This document shows, piece after piece, positions 9,272-11,460 of a stretch of DNA of 11,460 nucleotides. The position numbers and the translations under genes were made by a program. This DNA is from a virus. The stretch is taken from the UHGV virus genome UHGV-0079874; one strand, written 5' to 3'. How positions within the stretch are numbered: the stretch's first letter is position 1; each line of letters starts with the position of its first letter. A model generated the notes under the pieces. It saw only the letters and a list, made by a program, of their open reading frames with translations, searched no databases and was not told where the DNA came from.

Positions 9272-9595
9272 ATGAAGATGCCAGAAAAACATGACCTGTT
9301 AGCCGCCATTCTCGCGGCAAAGGAACAAGGCATCGGGGCAATCCTTGCGTTTGCAATGGCGTACCTTCGCGGCAGATATAATGGCGGTGCGTTTACAAAA
9401 ACAGTAATCGACGCAACGATGTGCGCCATTATCGCCTGGTTCATTCGTGACCTTCTCGACTTCGCCGGACTAAGTAGCAATCTCGCTTATATAACGAGCG
9501 TGTTCATCGGCTACATCGGTACTGACTCGATTGGTTCGCTTATCAAACGCTTCGCTGCTAAAAAAGCCGGAGTAGAAGATGGTGGAAATCAATAA
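9272..9595 (+). CDS. S: Holin S (S107/S105 dual-start, lambda type)
   Basis: [34 protein letters not shown]... matches lambda S; Met1-Lys2-Met3 dual-start motif present. Confidence 0.97.
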   Translation: MKMPEKHDLLAAILAAKEQGIGAILAFAMAYLRGRYNGGAFTKTVIDATMCAIIAWFIRDLLDFAGLSSNLAYITSVFIGYIGTDSIGSLIKRFAAKKAGVEDGGNQ

Positions 9596-10055
9596 TCAAC
9601 GTAAGGCGTTCCTCGATATGCTGGCATGGTCAGAGGGAACTGATAACGGACGGCAGAAAACCAGAAATCATGGTTATGACGTCATTGTAGGAGGAGAGCT
9701 ATTCACTGATTACTCCGATCACCCTCGCAAACTTGTCACGCTAAACCCCAAACTCAAATCAACAGCCGCCGGACGCTACCAGCTTCTTTCCCGTTGGTGG
9801 GATGCCTACCGCAAGCAGCTTGGCCTGAAAGACTTCTCTCCCAAAAGCCAGGACGCTGTGGCATTGCAGCAGATTAAGGAGCGTGGCGCTTTACCGATGA
9901 TTGATCGCGGTGATATTCGTCAGGCAATCGACCGTTGCAGCAATATCTGGGCTTCACTGCCGGGCGCTGGTTATGGTCAGTTCGAGCATAAGGCTGACAA
10001 CCTGATTGCAAAATTCAAAGAAGCTGGCGGAACGGTCAGAGAGATTGAGGCATGA
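9579..10055 (+). CDS. R: Endolysin R (lytic transglycosylase, lambda type)
   Basis: 158 aa, matches lambda R along its length; overlaps the 3' end of S as in lambda. Confidence 0.97.
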   Translation: MVEINNQRKAFLDMLAWSEGTDNGRQKTRNHGYDVIVGGELFTDYSDHPRKLVTLNPKLKSTAAGRYQLLSRWWDAYRKQLGLKDFSPKSQDAVALQQIKERGALPMIDRGDIRQAIDRCSNIWASLPGAGYGQFEHKADNLIAKFKEAGGTVREIEA

Positions 10056-10489
10056 GCAGAGTAACCGCGATTATCTCCGCTCTGGTTATCTGCATCATCG
10101 TTTGCCTGTCATGGGCTGTTAATCATTACCGTGATAACGCCATCGCCTATAAAGAGCAGCGCGACAAAGCCACATCCATCATCGCTGATATGCAGAAGCG
10201 TCAACGTGATGTAGCAGAACTTGACGCCAGATACACAAAGGAGCTTGCTGATGCTAACGCGACTATCGAAAGTCTCCGCGCTGATGTTTCTGCTGGTCGT
10301 AAGCGCCTGCAAGTCGCCGCCACCTGTGCAAAGTCAACGACCGGAGCCAGCGGCATGGGCGATGGAGAAAGCTCAGGACTTACAGCAGATGCTGAACTCA
10401 ATTATTACCGTCTCCGAAGTGGAATCGACAGGATAACCGCGCAGGTTAACTACCTGCAGGAGTACATCAGGACGCAATGCCTGAAATAA
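10052..10489 (+). CDS. Rz: Spanin inner-membrane subunit Rz (i-spanin)
   Basis: N-terminal [33 protein letters not shown] matches lambda Rz; the rest is a diverged coiled-coil periplasmic domain; ATGA overlap with R. Confidence 0.9.
   Translation: MSRVTAIISALVICIIVCLSWAVNHYRDNAIAYKEQRDKATSIIADMQKRQRDVAELDARYTKELADANATIESLRADVSAGRKRLQVAATCAKSTTGASGMGDGESSGLTADAELNYYRLRSGIDRITAQVNYLQEYIRTQCLK
10251..10436 (+). CDS. Rz1: Spanin outer-membrane lipoprotein subunit Rz1 (o-spanin), embedded in the +1 frame of Rz
   Basis: ATG at 10251 with AAAGGAG 7 nt upstream; lipoprotein signal with lipobox VSAC then proline-rich [13 protein letters not shown]; entirely inside Rz. The track ORF from 10221 is a TTG extension. 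Confidence 0.8.
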   Translation: MLTRLSKVSALMFLLVVSACKSPPPVQSQRPEPAAWAMEKAQDLQQMLNSIITVSEVESTG

Positions 10490-10520
10490 TTTTTTTGCAA
10501 ATCACAAAGTCCATTTAATG

Positions 10521-10546
10521 AGCCTCGCGATGCGGGGCTTTTTTAT
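10521..10546 (+). terminator. Rho-independent terminator after the lysis cassette
   Basis: Hairpin AGCCTCGC-GAT-GCGGGGCT (8-bp stem with one G-U wobble) followed by TTTTTTA. Confidence 0.65.
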
Positions 10547-10687
10547 GTCCGCAGTAAACGCGCATCTCACGCGCATATTAACGAGAGCCTTTCAGTAAGC
10601 GAGCCTGAGAAATGCCGTTATAGGTGGCGACCTCTCTCGGGCGGCTTTTCTGTGAGACAGGCTCACTTTCTAAAAGGTAAAGACGCA

Positions 10688-11230
10688 ATGAACTACCCAA
10701 CCGTTGTTAACGATATAGATTTCAGAGACCTAATTTTTGTAGCAAACAACGATCCGGTTACAGATTCTTTTATGGTGGCAAAAGCATTTGGAAAGCTGCC
10801 GAAGAACGTAGTCCGTGACATTGAGCGAACCATAGAAGCTTGCCCTCCTGAGTTTGATACAAAGCTCAACTTTGAGCTTTGCTATAAAAACAATGAGTTA
10901 CAGAATGGCAAGCCGCAAAAATTCTACCGTCTCCGTAAGGATGGGTTGATGCTTTTGGTTATGTCCTACACCAAAAAAGAAGCAATGCGTATCAAAATTG
11001 CTTACATCAACGCATTTAACTGGATGTACGCCATGCTTCAGGTTGGTCATCGTCAATTTGAAGAAGAGAGAAATGCCGTAATGCTGGAGTACATGAAAGA
11101 GAAGGATGTTGCCAGCATGTCAGGTCGTCTGCTCAATCGCTGGGGAAAAATTAAGAAGCCTCAGCTACTGGCGAGAATTGAACGCCTTGAACAGCACGGG
11201 CAAACCGTAATCCCCGGACTCACCAATTAA
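10688..11230 (+). CDS. Rha-family phage regulatory protein
   Basis: N-terminal PVTDSFMVAKAFGKLPKNVVRDIERTIE resembles the Rha-family signature (recalled, not searched); ATG at 10688 preferred over the GTG at 10652 that begins the track ORF. C-terminal half not recognised. Confidence 0.7.
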   Translation: MNYPTVVNDIDFRDLIFVANNDPVTDSFMVAKAFGKLPKNVVRDIERTIEACPPEFDTKLNFELCYKNNELQNGKPQKFYRLRKDGLMLLVMSYTKKEAMRIKIAYINAFNWMYAMLQVGHRQFEEERNAVMLEYMKEKDVASMSGRLLNRWGKIKKPQLLARIERLEQHGQTVIPGLTN

Positions 11231-11460
11231 CGGCAGCACCGCGAAACAACCCAAGCCAGTAAGTGGGGAAATAACACTGGCAGCCACTGAAAGATGAACC
11301 TCCAGCCTTATGGCAAAAAAGATTCTTTGTGGTGGCGGACTGATGGAAAGACATCGGTTATTGCAGAGGCCATTCAATGAGTGGTCTCGACAATGGCTTA
11401 TACCCTACACGGGATAACTTAACTGATATCCCTTTTAACGGATAAACGGAGCACAAATAA

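Noticed and set aside
9256-9480. 74-aa minus-strand ORF
   Set aside because: Antisense to holin S.
10109-10401. Minus-strand ORFs 10109-10312 and 10201-10401
   Set aside because: Antisense to Rz/Rz1; the real embedded gene (Rz1) is on the plus strand with a lipobox and SD.
11165-11377. 70-aa minus-strand ORF overlapping the 3' end of the Rha-family gene
   Set aside because: Overlaps a supported gene by about 66 nt, has no SD, and gives a low-complexity translation; possible but unsupported.

Overview
This window reads as the early-right to lysis region of a lambdoid (lambda-family) prophage, with no multi-gene defence cassette that I can support. All identifications are from reading the sequence and recalling lambda/434 proteins and motifs; no database search was run. 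Left to right: three 14-bp ACAA-N6-TTGT operators (OL) and a leftward PL; a small signal-peptide protein gene translationally coupled to cI; a phage-434-type cI repressor (minus strand); OR3-OR2-OR1 with PR; 434-type cro; nutR boxA/boxB; cII with a PRE-type site; a 48-aa ORF; a lambda-O-like initiator with an internal iteron origin; a TOPRIM plus SF4 primase-helicase in place of lambda P; two tiny hydrophobic ORFs; a lambda-like nin operon (ninB, Dam-like methyltransferase, ninE, ninF, ninG, ninH, ninI); antiterminator Q; PR'/qut/6S RNA/tR'; the S-R-Rz/Rz1 lysis cassette; a terminator; and a Rha-family regulator. The most interesting parts are the mosaic joints: the cI-coupled secreted protein in the rexAB-equivalent slot, the non-lambda replication module, the small membrane ORFs in the ren/ninA slot, and the Rha gene after the lysis cassette.
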